From NCBI GenBank assembly GCA_964106645.2, contig OZ067039.1: a stretch of 64,000 nt of DNA. One strand, written 5' to 3'. Within the stretch, counting starts at the first letter, position 1, and each line of letters begins with the position of its first letter. The stretch is from Podarcis pityusensis. Lineage: Eukaryota. The position numbers and the translations under genes were made by a program. Below are positions 1 through 13,700 of this stretch, in pieces. The notes under the pieces are model-generated. The model was not told the DNA's origin. It searched no databases and saw nothing but the letters and a program-made list of their open reading frames with translations.

Positions 1-616
1 CTGGAATGTGCCCTTGGAACTATGGCAACTTTCGTTCTTTCTCAGATAGCGAGAGGCATAAATGTGGGGCAGCAGGGCTGTATAGAAACTCTCTGACCTT
101 TGTCCGGCTGGAGTGTAGCCTTCAGTGCGAAGGTTAAGAGTGAAGCCCATTGATTTCTCTGGCTGCTTTTCACATTTAGCCCTGGGATGCTGCCTACATG
201 AGATCTCTAACATATCCACTCTCTTCATTTGCCCCAAGGCAAGTTTGTGCCTGCCCGCACCCACCTCAGTCTTTACCCCTGTTTCGAGCCTCTCCAGCAT
301 TTTAAAAAATCCCACTTCTCCTGGTTCTTCTGCTATATTTGTTCTCAAAACATAAATAAGGGGATGTAGGGTGGAGATACCAGAAACATTTTTTTTAAAA
401 AAAATTTAGATCAGTGGAGCCACTCTGGAAGTACCCTGGCTCTTCCCCAAACCTGCTCTTCCCCAGCATTCAGCTGGGGCGGGGCGGGGGCAGGTTTGCT
501 TTTTCGGTGTAGAAACAGTTCTGATTGGCTTTTTTCTCTTGAGGTTGCCAACTAATCTCTCTCTCACACCCAGCACCAGAGCAGGGTTTTTTTTAAAAAA
601 AAAAAAGTTTCATATT

Positions 617-846
617 GGGTTACAGACGCTTCAGGTTACAGACGCTTCAGGTTACAGACTCCGCTAATCCAGAAATAGTACCTCGGGTTAAGAACTTTGC
701 TTCAGGATGAGAACAGAAATCGTGCTCTGGCGGCGCGGCAGCAGCAGGAGGCCCCATTAGCTAAAGTGGTGCTTCAGGTTAAGAACAGTTTCAGGCTAAG
801 AACGGACCTCCGGAACAAATTAAGTTCTTAACCCGGGGTACCACTG
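617..846. mobile_element. Same mariner MITE family, opposite orientation, one TIR truncated
   Basis: Ends TAACCCGGGGTACCACTG|TA; GGTTACAGACGCTTCA unit tandemly repeated at the left end. Confidence 0.85.
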
Positions 847-2390
847 TACATGCAAAAGGAGAGACCTCTGACCTGGGGCCATCCCACCCCAGCTTTTAAG
901 AAACCAAGAGCTCCCCACCCCCATTTTTTACAGCCTGCCTCCCACTGCAAATACTGAGACAGCTCCCCCCCCCCCCGCTCTACACACAATGCCTAGCACA
1001 CTCACTGCACTATTGCTATAACCTGATTCTGTTACTCGCCCACCCTTTGCAAGTGGCCACTTCAGCACTTTCCCACCTTGCAGAGCCAGAGCGCTTTCCC
1101 CAGCCCTCACCGGCCCATTCAGAGGCCCTGACAGCCACGAATCCCTGACGCCGACACCTTCTCGCTCCATATTGATCCCCTCTCCTTTCCAATCAGCGCT
1201 GCCAGGGTGATGGATCAGAGATGCTGTGGCCTTGTGCACCCTCCCTCCCCGCCTTCCTCTCGCTGCTGATGCACCACAAAGTGTGGGGACTCGGAGGGAC
1301 TGTTCAAGCACCTCGTTCTCCAGTGGAGATTGAGCAGGTCCTGCACACTGCCCATCCAGCCAAGCCAAGCCCTATGAATCTCCCAACAGCAGTTGCTCTC
1401 CTTTGAGAGGTTAGCTGCAGCCTTCTCTGAAACTGGCTCTTGAAGCCCCCTCCTTTTGGCAATTTCCAGTGCTGCTGGCCAAGATCTTCGTGCAGCCTCA
1501 CTCACCGAGGTTGTCTGGGCAAAACATTTGCTCATATGTGAGAAAGGTACAGCCTGGGGTTTCTTGAGATGTCTGTGCTCTTAGAACGTCATATCACCAC
1601 AATCTATGTTTATTCTATTCGGTTTGGAATTTGGAACGCATGTGCAAGTGTGTAGAAGTAGAATTAATTTGCTCAGGATCAGCCAAAGCAAATGGAATAC
1701 ATACATTTTAGGTTCAGAATGATGGAGGCATGCATGCTTCCATGGAAGTTGCCCCCTAAACCTTTCACACAGTCTAAGGAAGTGAGCATTTAGTATAAGC
1801 AAAGTCTGTTGTATATATGTTTGCTCTCTTCCAATTCCCCTCAGCCATGACTTTTCAGCTCTTTCTTTAATAATTTTTTTAAAAATATTTTTACCACATT
1901 CAAACTTAGGTGCACTCTTCTGTTTCTATGAAGCATTGATTTGAACAAGTGAAATTCAGTGTTTTGCTGTTGTTGGTTATTAATGCCATTTAGATTGTTG
2001 GGAACAGATTATCTCTGCATCCCCTGTGTACCTGAAATTACACAGGTATGGAGATTTCTGGGGTTCCAAGTGTGAAGACAGACACAATATAATAGTAGAG
2101 CTCACCTGTCTATTGATTAGGAAGATGTTCATCTTCCGTTACTGTGAACCAAACACTGGCCCAAGTTTTCAGACTCGAACCTGCTCCATGTTTCCAGTGG
2201 GCTATCTGCCTTTTTGTTTTATTGTTAAACGTGCTGTGTGTCTTGATATTTATCACTTTGTTAGTTAAAAATGGATTCATTTTTTTAAGTGCAAAACTGC
2301 TCTAAGGATTGGCAGGATTCCTACTCCCTCAAACTTGACCCTTGGAGAGAAAGAGTTACTGGCCATAATGAGGGCACCTCCAGAGCAGCC

Positions 2391-2846
2391 TTGTTGCTGT
2401 TTAGTCGTTTAGTCGTGTCTGACTCTTTGTGACCCCATGGACCAGAGCACGCCAGGCACTCCTATCTTCCACTGCCTCCCGCAGTTTGGTCAAACTCATG
2501 CTGGTAGCTTCGAGAACACTGTCCAACCATCTTGTCCTCTGTCGTCCCCTTCTCCTTGTGCCCCCCATCTTTCCCAACATCAGGGTCTTTTCCAGGGAGT
2601 CTTCTCTTCTCATGAGGTGGCCAAAGTATTGGAGCCTCAGCTTCATGATCTGTCCTTCCAGTGAGCACTCAGGGCTGATTTCCTTCAGAATGGAGAGGTT
2701 TGATCTTCTTGCAGTCCATGGGACTCTCAAGAGTCTTCTCCAGCAGCATAATTCAGAAGCATCAATTCTTCAGCAGTCAGCTTTTTTTTATGGTCCAGCT
2801 CTCACTTCCATACATCACTACTGGGGAAACCATAGCTTTAACTATA
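2391..2846 (-). mobile_element. BovB (RTE-clade LINE), 5'-truncated 3' end
   Basis: ORF 2401..2730 (-) MRVPWTARRSN..ILKEISPECSLEG..LKLQYFGHLMRR..SLEKTLMLGK..RRRGRQR..W..VHGVTKS is the typical BovB C-terminus; (CAA)n-like tail at 2391-2400. Confidence 0.92.
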
Positions 2847-3666
2847 AAAAAGATGCATCTGTCTTGACCAACCTGGCACTGACCTCACTGTAGTGCAGGT
2901 CTTCATATAGCTCCCAGTGGAACCCTAATTGTCCACTCACTTCGTGGCAGACCATAATGGACAGACAGGTGGATTGGATGTGCAGTGAAAGTTGGTGAAA
3001 ACAAATCTTTCCACAGAGGAGCCGGAGATTGGTAGAGGAGCAAACGTTTTGTGTGCAGGAGGTCCCAGATCCAATCCCTGAAATCTCTAGCTAAATAATC
3101 TCAGGTAGCACTTGCTTGAAAAGAGCCTCTCCCCAAGACCTTTGAGATCTGCTGCAGATCAAAGCAGACAACACAGGCTAGATGGACCAGTGGGAGCTTC
3201 ATATATTCCATTTGAGTAGTGGGATGGGTTCTCCCCACATTATTTGAAATGATCTGGGGTAGGGGTTAAGGAGGGAGGGAAAAGGAAGGATAGATGAAAA
3301 TAATTCAGTAGTGTGAAATTTTGAGAGGTATGGAAATAGAAGTTGTTAGTGGCAACTTGCTATAGAAAAATAACTGGAGTTACCAAAAAGCAGTTGCAAT
3401 GAAAGGAGGGTGAGCTGCCTTGTTTGTAGGCCTTCTTAGGTGCTGCCTGCCTGCCTGCCTGCCTGCCTGCCATAGGCTCCGGGATGAGTAATCTGAAATC
3501 TGTCGCTGTGGCGACCCGGCGGCTTTCTTCCACTTTTTCTCAAATAGCAGGAATGCTGTCCAAATGAACAATTCCTCTTTAAATGAGAACTGTGTGACAC
3601 GTAACCATCCTGCACTGACAGCGCAGTGAAATTGCCTTAGTGAGGCGCCAGTGAATAGAGTTGATG

Positions 3667-3716
3667 GTTTGTTTGTTTGTTTGTTTGTTTTTGTTTGTTT
3701 GCTTGTTTGTTTGTTT
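3667..3716. repeat. (GTTT)n tract, likely the tail of a minus-strand retroelement fragment extending to ~3990
   Basis: Direct inspection; adjacent TTTATT and A-rich body. Confidence 0.7.
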
Positions 3717-6700
3717 TATTAGATTTCCTACCTGCCCTTCACCGCAAGGTCGCAGGGTGTGCTGCAACAATAAATTGTACAATGATAAAGATAAACAAAA
3801 CAATTACAATGGTAAAACAAGTGTTATGAACAATTAAAACACAGCTTTTATATACAAAACAATTAAAAGTCATCCAATATATAAAAAAATACAAACACTT
3901 GAAAACAATTCCACATATTAAAAGCAGTTTAAAAACGGTTCCAGCACAGACTGAAATAAAAGTCTCCACTTAAAAAGGTTTGTCAAAAGCCTAGTTGTAG
4001 ATGTTGCAGTTGTGCACACTAGAATGATACGTTTCACTGTCCCTTTCTGTGCGGCCTTCAAGAGCAACACACCCGATCTCTCCCGTTTCTTTCCCAGCTT
4101 TGTAGTTGTTCCTTCCCCACAGTTTCTGCGGCAGCCCACGGGCTTTGTTAGCACAATGTGGTTCAAATGTCTGATTAGTCGTTAGGAGAGCAAGGGGTCA
4201 ATTTGCCAGAGCTCCTTCCTCTCCATTTAACTAATTTAACTGTGGAATTGTTACAAATTCCATTTTATTAGAGCCCTGTTTCTCAGTCCAATTGAATTAC
4301 CCAAATCTCATTTTCTCAGAAGTGCTGAATATGTAATTAGAGGAAAAATTATGCTCCTGATTCCTATTAGCGTGGTGCATGTGTGAGAGTGAGCGTGTCC
4401 ACATGGGGGCAGGCCATTGCATGTGTCAGAGCAGACACAGGGCTGTGAGTGTGTGTGCACGTGCCTTTGTCATTTTTGTCTAGAATTGCAGATGTTTTTC
4501 AGTGCCTCATGATGTTGGGGGTTTTCTTCCCCCTCTACAATTTGTTGTGTGAATATAGATATTCAGGTACATTGCTGTGTACCATCGAGTATGGTTTTAT
4601 ATGGGAGGGCATGGTCTCGGTGAAAATAATGTTTTTATTTGAATATTTCACACACCCTGCCAATGGAAATCATGAATTCTTACAGGGTTGACAAAAATCC
4701 TCAAGACTGTATGCAGTAGTATCAGTTTTTTAAAAAAAATGTAACAGTATACATCTGCAAACATTCATTCATGGCAATGAGTTGAACAGCCAACTTTTCA
4801 ATAAGAAAAAATCTTTAAAATCTCTGCCTGGGTCTTGGGCATATTCACGGGAGTGGGGTAGAAATATTGTGCACGCCTATTTCTGGGGCAGCTGCCCAGC
4901 ACCCTGACTAGTGTTTCTGCTCTCCAAAATTGATGAAAACGCCTCTTACATTTACTTGAGCATATTGACTCCAGACTCTCTAGTTAATCCCTCCCTGGCT
5001 TATCACAAAACCTGACTCAGGTTCCCTGAACCAAACAGGAAGCTTTCCCCCAAAGCTTTTTGGAACCCATAAAAGTATTGGATTAATTGAGAATGTGGGA
5101 AAGGAAGCCTAGGGTAATGTCTTCTCTTAAAGCACATAATACTTAACAGTAAAACAAGAGGAAAGATTGAGAGGTGCAAAGTGGGATTGGAATGAAGCAG
5201 AGCTAAGCAAAACTTGTTGTATACAACTGGTGGCCTGCTCTGTCCCTTAATATCCAGTCTCGCTAGCAAACACAAAAGGAGAAGCTTCCCCAGTGTTGTC
5301 TACTCTGACTGGCAACAGCTCTGCAGGGCTTCTGGCAGAAATCTTTCATAACACCTGCTATTTTGTGTTGTTGTTTTTCCAAAAACGTTAAAGGCCTAGG
5401 ATTGAACCAGAGATCTTTGTGTACAGCAAGTGTTCTACCACTGAACTATGGAATAGCCACCAAAATATTTATTCCTAGCTAAGTTTATTTTACCTTCTCT
5501 GTTTTTATCCCACCCAGAGTTCTTTGGAGTGTCTTCACCACCTCTTTTATCCTTGCAGCAGACCTGCCAGATAGGCTGGACTTAGCAGATATGATTGTCC
5601 CAGGACCATGCAGCGATGTTTATGGCTGTTGGGGGTGAAAGAGGATTTGTACCTAGAGCTCCTCAGTTCTGATTCAGCACACCAACCACTACACCACACT
5701 ATTTCTCAAACTACGACCAGGGCATAGGATGTCTTTGGAATCCAAGTATCAATGGACTAGAGCTTTGCTGAAATCAGATGTGAAGGATCTGGAGCCCTAA
5801 TCTTTTAACTGTGGTTTCATGGGATCTGTGGTGAGGCCATAGCTGACCCTTCATAGACTCTGGCATCTTCAATTACTTTCAAATGACAAAATAGGCCTCC
5901 TATCTACATACTGAGTTACTTATAAAGAGCAATAATAGGTCAACTGTTTAAATCTGTCCCCACTCCTGAGTATTTCACTGCCACGAGCACTCAGTTTCAA
6001 AGCCAGGAAAGCATTACTTGAAGGAATAATTAATCTGGATTAAGGGGCTTTCATCTCCCCCACCCGCCGTCTCTCTTGGGCTTCTGAAACCATCCATCTC
6101 TTCAGATTGCTCTTTAAATGAGTTCCTGACCAAGGCCACAGAGGGTTCAAGACCATCTGTTTTAAGAAGGACAAACTCCCATTTGAGAAGGCACCATTTT
6201 CAAACAGGTGTTTGGTGCTGCTTAAATATTCATGTATCAAAGTCGTAAGACCTAAACAAATTTTCTCCTGGAACTTACAAATAGGTAATAGGGTTACACA
6301 TAAAACAGGAAACAAAAGGGAAGGTGTAGATGGCAGGTCTCCTTGGAATGTGGTTCCGCTAACAGCAGTTAAAATCAACACTGGACTCTGAATCTCAGTC
6401 TGATGGACCACTGAGGACAAAGGAATTGATCGAACTACATCAAACAGGCTTTCCTTGTTACATTGCCTGATCTGGATAGATCAGAACATAGTTGTTCACA
6501 ACATACCAAACAGTCACAATTCTGTAATTCTGTACAGGTGTACAGCTAGATTCTGCTGCATGGCGCCTTTCTGATCAATTCTTTCCTGCAAGGTCCCATG
6601 ACACTCTATCGCTCTTTTCCCATCCCTAATCCATGGAAATGGCCATGGAGCCATGAAAGGAGGGAGCCTGCTTGTTTGCGTGATTGACCACTTGTTTAGA

Positions 6701-7577
6701 AACACTAACAGGCTCTTGCGGGTTTTCTGTTCTCTTCAAAATCTGTTCTCAACCAGGCCAAATTGTTACATGGAAAGCACTGGGTATGATAGGAAGAATG
6801 ATACCACCATTTACATAAATGTATTGGCTTTATCTTGACCTCCAAACTTGCTTCACCCCAGGATCTTAGGACAGGTAACAACAACAATCCAATAAGACGC
6901 AGGGTAAAATGGCCATTAAAATATTGTCTAGAGAAATAAAAATTACCCCATACTGCCTTATCCCTCGCCGTCTAAACCCAGCTCTTAAACTGGAGCATTA
7001 GGTAACAGAAGGGATATGTTGGGGCTGCCACAAGAGGGGAAATGGGTATCAGAGGGGAAGGGAGAGAAATCAAAGATGGAAGAAAAGTGGAGTTGTTTAT
7101 GTTGGAATGGACAAATTGCTGCCCTCCGCCCACCTTTGTGGGAAGGGAGAGAGATTTGTGTTGGGGAGAGGCATGAGCATAGGAGTGGGTGGGAATAGAT
7201 TAGAAAGAATGGGGGAAAGGATGGCGTGGGAGTTTTAAAATAAATGTTCTAAATGTTAACTTCTGTTTTTATTGTGTGTGCGCATATTACAATCTGTCCA
7301 GAAAACCCCTGGGATTGGTCAGGCTTAACATCTAAATCATTAAAATCCATCCCAAACAAAGTAGGTCTATTAACACTTTTAAGAAAAAAATACTGAGCTT
7401 TCAAATAACAAATCTCCAGAGTAAGAGAGACTCATGCAAAGGGAACACCGTCCGAACAGCATGAATGCCCACAATCTGGTGTATGTAGAAGCAGGTTAGC
7501 ACATATTTTAAGTGCACATGTGATTAGCAGGCTTGTCAAGTTTTGGTCACCTGTGCTTTTAATTGTTAAGCAGTTTA

Positions 7578-7792
7578 CAGTGGTACCTCAGGTTAAGAAT
7601 TTAATTCGTTCTGGAGGTCCGTTCTTAACCTGAAACTGTTCTTAACCTGAGGTATCACTTTAGCTAATGGGGCCTCCCACTTGCCGCCATGCAATTTCTG
7701 TTCTCATCCTGAAGCAATTTCTTAACCCGAAGTCCTATTTCTGGGTTAGTGGAGTCTATAACCTGAAGCGTCTGTAACCCAAGGTATTACTG
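7578..7792. mobile_element. Same mariner MITE family, full length, more diverged
   Basis: TA|CAGTGGTACCTCAGGTTA ... TAACCCAAGGTATTACTG|TA; colinear with the 52903 copy. Confidence 0.88.
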
Positions 7793-10700
7793 TATTAAAT
7801 TAATAGTTGCACAACAAACAGATACTGAGCAGTGGAAGGTTTTCCCATCACTCCTCATTTCCATGCCAGAGAAAGTTTCACTTGATGAATTTCTGCTTGT
7901 CTCACAGCAGTTACATGGCACCGGATAACTGCCAGAAGTTAGCAACTCTAGTAATTGAAGCCTTAGAGCAATTAGTAAATAAAGAGGGGGCTTATTGTAA
8001 CCTGTCACTAGGTCAAATCTAGGAACAGTCTCCTGTGTGAACTGCATTCTCTCTTTTTAACATCGATTTGCTTGTTGGGTTTGTGTGTGTTGCTGTTAGA
8101 ATCTTTATTTTTATGCTAAACATAACCAAGATTTTGCCTGTCTCTTTTGCAAGTAAGTGTTCTGCTGTGGTTCTATGTGTTTATTAATATGGGTCTGAGC
8201 TTATCTGCTCAGGAATTCCCCACTGGAAAATGAAGAGGCTGTCTGATGCAGCTACGACGCATTGATCAGTCCCATATGCAAGAGAGTGAACAAAAGTATA
8301 GGTTGCATCCACACAAAACCTGATGTCGTCATTTCAGGGTTGGATATGCAGCCACTCTGTGACAGAAACCCTGGGACAACCATTGGATTCTTCCCTAAAT
8401 TCTGGGCTTGTTTTGTGCTAAGGTGGTAAAAAAGTTCTAAGTTCTGTTGGAGTGAGGGCTGAACTACTTGCTACCAAAATGGCAGCAGCCCCATGTCAAG
8501 TTCCCTCCTGCTGTAACATGTAGTCAACTTCCCCTATGTCCTTCTGATGCCATCACCTCACCTCCCCATCCTCCACCAGCAGCCATTTATGTGGAAATAT
8601 GGGCAAGAAAACGCACTATGTGAGGATGTCAGGATACATATGTTATACTACACAGAGGGAGAGAATTTGATGTGGGACTGCTGGTTTTGGTAGCAGCCTT
8701 GTATTTCTTGTAACACAAAATGCTACGCAGATTCTTTGAAGGGTTACGTGATGCTTCTAATAAGCTGGGAGAGAAATATACCAAGGCACAGAAGTGTCTG
8801 TGAGACTACAGTTTGCCTTTTACAGCCCATGTTGCTTTCTGTAGTTTTAAAGACCCTCTTGCCATAACAGGTTTTTTAAAGCCTTAGTTTGCTTTTGCAA
8901 GAGTTCAGAGGTTTCGGCCAAGTGCACGAGACTGAAACTCATCCTTCCTCCATTACTTAGGCTGTGAATTATTATTATGAATTTACCATTTTTGGAAAAA
9001 TAATAATTTGATTGTGTTCCTAAATCTATCAGGGAAGGAAAATGTTCCATATCAAAAAATGTCCTCATCTGTGGTCTCTTGGGCAGAATATTACAGCAGC
9101 AAGGCAAAGAACATTTTGCATTTGGGGATTAGCTAGGGAAATAAGTAAGTCCTTCCTTTTGCATTAGATACATGCCTGGAATTATATATGACTGTTGTGT
9201 CCTGGGTGTTGTGCTGTGCTGAGTGAGACCAGGATATCTTCCATGTCTAATGGAGCTGACCTTTTGCCAGTCTAGAACACAACAGCGTTCACATTCTGCT
9301 ATCCTGAGCATCCTAAAAGGGGCATATAACTTCAGTTTGAACCTTAAGGTCTGCAGTTGGTGGGACTAATGAATGTGCCAGTGCACAAGTCCCAAACAGT
9401 GTCCCCCATGCCAGCACTCTGCCCCCCATTTTGCCTTGGTTACACAACGTTATCATCCCATCACACTGTGAAATATACATGAAGTTGGCTGGATGCAGAT
9501 GAAATTGCACCATTTACAGCATTAATATTTCATGCCATCTCAGCTCCTGCTTCCTGGCTAAGAAAGCCAAGCACTAGACCCCTCGAACACTCACACGCAC
9601 AGTGGCTAGTTCCCTAGTGCCAACTTGGTATAGTAATTGTGTCTGCACTCATGTCTGCATGTGTGCATGCCCAGGCAAAGTAACCAAGTTGAATACGTGC
9701 ATGACCAAAGATGGAAAGCCCTTTCTTGTAGTATTAAGCATCCTTTCATGCCCTCATTCCTCTCTGCCATCATGGTTTTTGGATATTATGAGGCACAAGC
9801 TGGCATAGCCAAGGGGCCAGGTATCCTAGGCCTTGTTCTCTGGGCTGCAGCTTAAGCTGCTCTTTTTGCTCCTGGCACTGCTTAGGGCATCATCTTTGTG
9901 CTGTTGAAGTCACTGATTCCCAGATTCTCGGGTCTGGGGAGGTGAAGAAGAAAGTGAAATAGAAGTTTCCTTTTCAACATATGGGAAGGTGGCAAAACAG
10001 GGAGTCTGTTGACTTTGTGAGGTCTGAAAAGTTGAGTAAAATTACATGTGGATGGGGAGAGGGTGTAGTGGGGTGCTAGGGGAATGGTGGGGTCTGTGTA
10101 GGGGAGGGCAAAGTGCTGCACAATACTGTGAGATTGTATAGAGATATTTTGGATAGTAGGGTTTTGCTTTATTCTCATTTCAGATCCCTCCCCCTGCCCT
10201 ACCCCTGCCAACTCTGGGATCCATGCCCAGGGTAGGGGTTTTAGTCACAGCCACTATGTCTCTCTTGCTGAGCCAGTCTATGGATCTGTCCCCTGTCCTG
10301 CAACTGCATCCCTCCTGCTATGCTAGGGCAGTCTACAAATTCTCCCAGAGGAACTGGGGGCAGGGGGTGTGAAGGAGGAATGGAATTTCCTCGGTGCACT
10401 CCTGCCATGGTTGTGTTGCAATTTGCTGCTGGCTGTGGCCATGAACCGCAGGAGATCAAGCGCAAACTGTGGGATGAAGGCAACCATGTCTAACTTGCCA
10501 CTGTCACCTGTACCTGCCCTGCTATTTGCACCTGACTCTGTACACATTGGCAACACTTGTATATCTTCCCGGGCCAATAAATGAAAATTTTATGCTGTAT
10601 GTCATGAATTGATCCCCTAGTGGTACAGATAACAGGTCCCTAGACCCTGCCTGCCTTGTCTCATAGCCATTCCTCCAGGGGGTCATATTGAGAAGTCATG

Positions 10701-13700
10701 CTGCGCTCAAGCAGAGATGTTGGCAGAGAGATCAGCCTCTTTGTGGCAGCAGGGATGGCTACATCCTCCCATGAAACAAATAGCTGGGGGTGGGGGTACT
10801 GTGGCTGCCCACCACCAGTGCGTATTTCACAGTGACAATGAGCCCACCATGGTATTTCAACACCTTGCCTTTTACCTGTGGCCCTGCAAAAGAAGAATGA
10901 GTTGAACAGCATAAGAGGGAACAGGGTTGCTTTCATCATTCTCCCTGGGGACATGGCAACTATCCACCATAGGCTCTTTCTGGGAAGCCCATTTTTGCAA
11001 CCAGCTTCCCCCGCCCCAACCCCATTGGACACCCCTCCCCTTTCCCCTGTCAATGTGACTAGTGCTTGTTCCCACCGGCCAGGCTGCCTACTTTGTATGG
11101 ATGGTGCAGTGTTTAGGGTAATGAAATATTCACAGGTCAGTGCTTTGCTGAATGATGGCAGGAGCCGTCAGTTCCTTCTCAGGGAGGCAGTTGCTTCCCC
11201 TGCGCAACCTCAGCTTCCTGGCGACAGGCATTAGTGTGAAAAGGAGGCCAAACTGGAGGAGAAGGCAGCATGCAAGACACCCAGAGCCGAGTCCCACTTG
11301 CATCATGGCCTGGTCCCCAATGCCAGGTGCAGCGAGCGGGTGGAGGAATTAATTTGCAAATGAGCAGCAGGGAAGGGTGCTCTTGGAAGAGGTAGTAACC
11401 CAGGGGGGCGCGTTATATAAAGTTGCATTTTTAAGAAATAGGTCACGATAATAAGTTGCCTAAATGTATCCATGTGTTCCTGTTTATGATTGCAGCATCC
11501 AGGGTTCTTATACCTGAAATGTGGGGCATTTCTAGTTAGAACTTTTACCCCCTAGAGCTCCCCAGAAGAAGTCCGTGGGAAATGGGTAGCCTTTTATCAT
11601 AGGCCTTCCACTGTCTGAATGATGTGCTGAGATGAGCACAAGTGAAGTAGCTGAGGGGGGGAGAGATTTGGAGGGGGATGGGTCTCTTGGACCAAGCTCT
11701 GCTGCTTAATAGCTTTTGTGCTGGGAACATAACACTCTGAGCATAGTTTTATCTGGCAGCCAGCTTTTCTCTGGCACAGCCCCAGGAAACACAGACAGAG
11801 ACTTACAATGCATGCATGAAACCCCTGATACCACCATGGTATTATGGACAGGCACAGGCTTTCAGGACCTCTACCACCCCCACCTCCTTCCACCACCACC
11901 CCCAAGCTAGCAAAAAGTCCTATAATGCACAGGGCAGCTTCCTTTGCAGTGCCTGCCCTTCGCCATCTTGTTACGGACATCCAGATCACTACAAGATATG
12001 TGTGCTATTGTCTCTTTGCTTGTGTGTGCCAGTACATTAAATATTGGCATCTGTGCAGTATGTTATTGTTGAGTAAGCAGTTGGTGGTGTTGGCACTTGT
12101 GTTGCTCCTGGAGAATTAGCTGAATTTGTCGTGGTGACATCCATGGAGAGCAGGACAGAAGATTGAGGCAGTGCTTTTCTGATTTGCAGAATGTGAGGTA
12201 TCCCCACTTCTTTGATTCAATGTATGCCTGGTTTAATTCAGGTGAGCAAACCCATGCAGTTCTTCATGAAACCAGCATCTTATTTATACTGAGTTGCCTC
12301 TTAGCATGCTACGAATTCATAGCCTGGGCAGATGCTGGACTGCGGTTCTAGCATTAAGCACTTAGCACCTGGGGGGGGACTAGTTTAGATGAGACAGTAG
12401 CCATATGAGATACTGTACAGGTAAGTTCTTCTTGCCTGCTTGGAGGCCTTTATACTTGGACCTGGCTTTGCATTTAGGGACCTGGCTTTGCATTGAGTCA
12501 TGCATCAGGAAGGCATGACTTTCCAGTTATGCTTGAGTGGCCCCTGAAACTGACTCGGCACGTGCAACTTCTCTGTTCTCCAGGCTGGGGCTTGTGCGCC
12601 CATCTCTGGGCAGTACATGTATGCTTAGCTGAGTGGATGTAACACATCTTAAAGTTTATCGCTGCTGTTATTGTAGTTGTTGTCATAGTGTGTCAATGCA
12701 TAGAGCTTTACAAAGTAATGTGAGAAAGGGGCAGCCGAAAGGAGACTGCAACCGTACATTCAGCACAGAAGGAGGCCACAAATGAAGGAAAAGAAGATGG
12801 AGGCTAGGGGAATGAAATGCACCCCGTTCAGTTACATATTCTTAGACTATTTTCAGTAGGGGGTGAGGTTGCAGGATGCCTGAAAATTTCAATCCTGGGT
12901 CGGGGAATTAGATTGGTACAGCAAGTGGGTTTTAGAGGTAGAGTAAGTTCTTTGTCACCTTTTAGCTAACAATATGTTTTGCAGATTTTTTAACCTCATT
13001 CTAACAATAACAACTCCGGTAAGGTTGGACTAAGAGATTACTCTAGCCAAAGTTGTGCGAGCTATAGCCCACAGACTCCTCTGGCATTTGAGCATCTCCC
13101 AGTCTTCCTCCTCCTCCTCCCAACTTTCTCCTGGCCCTCATTTTAGTGGGTGAAGAAGTTGAACTGTCTCCTCATCAGCCTTCCTGCTATCGTCTTACAA
13201 TCCTAGACTGGCAAGTCACAAAGGCATGGTGTGTACATCAGACCAGCTGGGTCTCACTTGGGGAATAAACTTCTGCTTTGTTGTCCTGACAGTGGAGTGT
13301 AAGTGGTGGAGATTGTGGTAGCTGCCACTGCTGCAGATTTAGTCACTTGTGTCTTGGGCCATTTGAGGGCTAATCATCCAGGTTGGAAGCCACCCTGGGT
13401 CTGCTGGTAGGTGGCACCAAGAGTTGGTCTCACCCCCCCCATACAATTTCCATGCCATGGGTGACTACCAAGTCAAAAGGTTTGCCCACAAGTGTTGTGG
13501 TCCAACCGTAGTGCTTCCTTACAGGCTGAGGAAAAGCAAAGTAAGGGCTCCCAGACAGGAAATGATGTCACATTTTCTTCCTGTGGAAGTGGAGAAGGAG
13601 ACAGCACAGTGGAAGATTCCCCTTGCCCTCTGATATTGCAACAGAGAGTGACTTAGGGTTTAGGAAGATGGTGACTCAAGTCTCAGCACTCGCAAGATAC

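Noticed and set aside
1200-1546. Possible alternative RBFOX3 first exon ending AAAG|gtacag
   Set aside because: No in-phase ATG, no similarity to RBFOX N-termini that I recall, and a mediocre donor.
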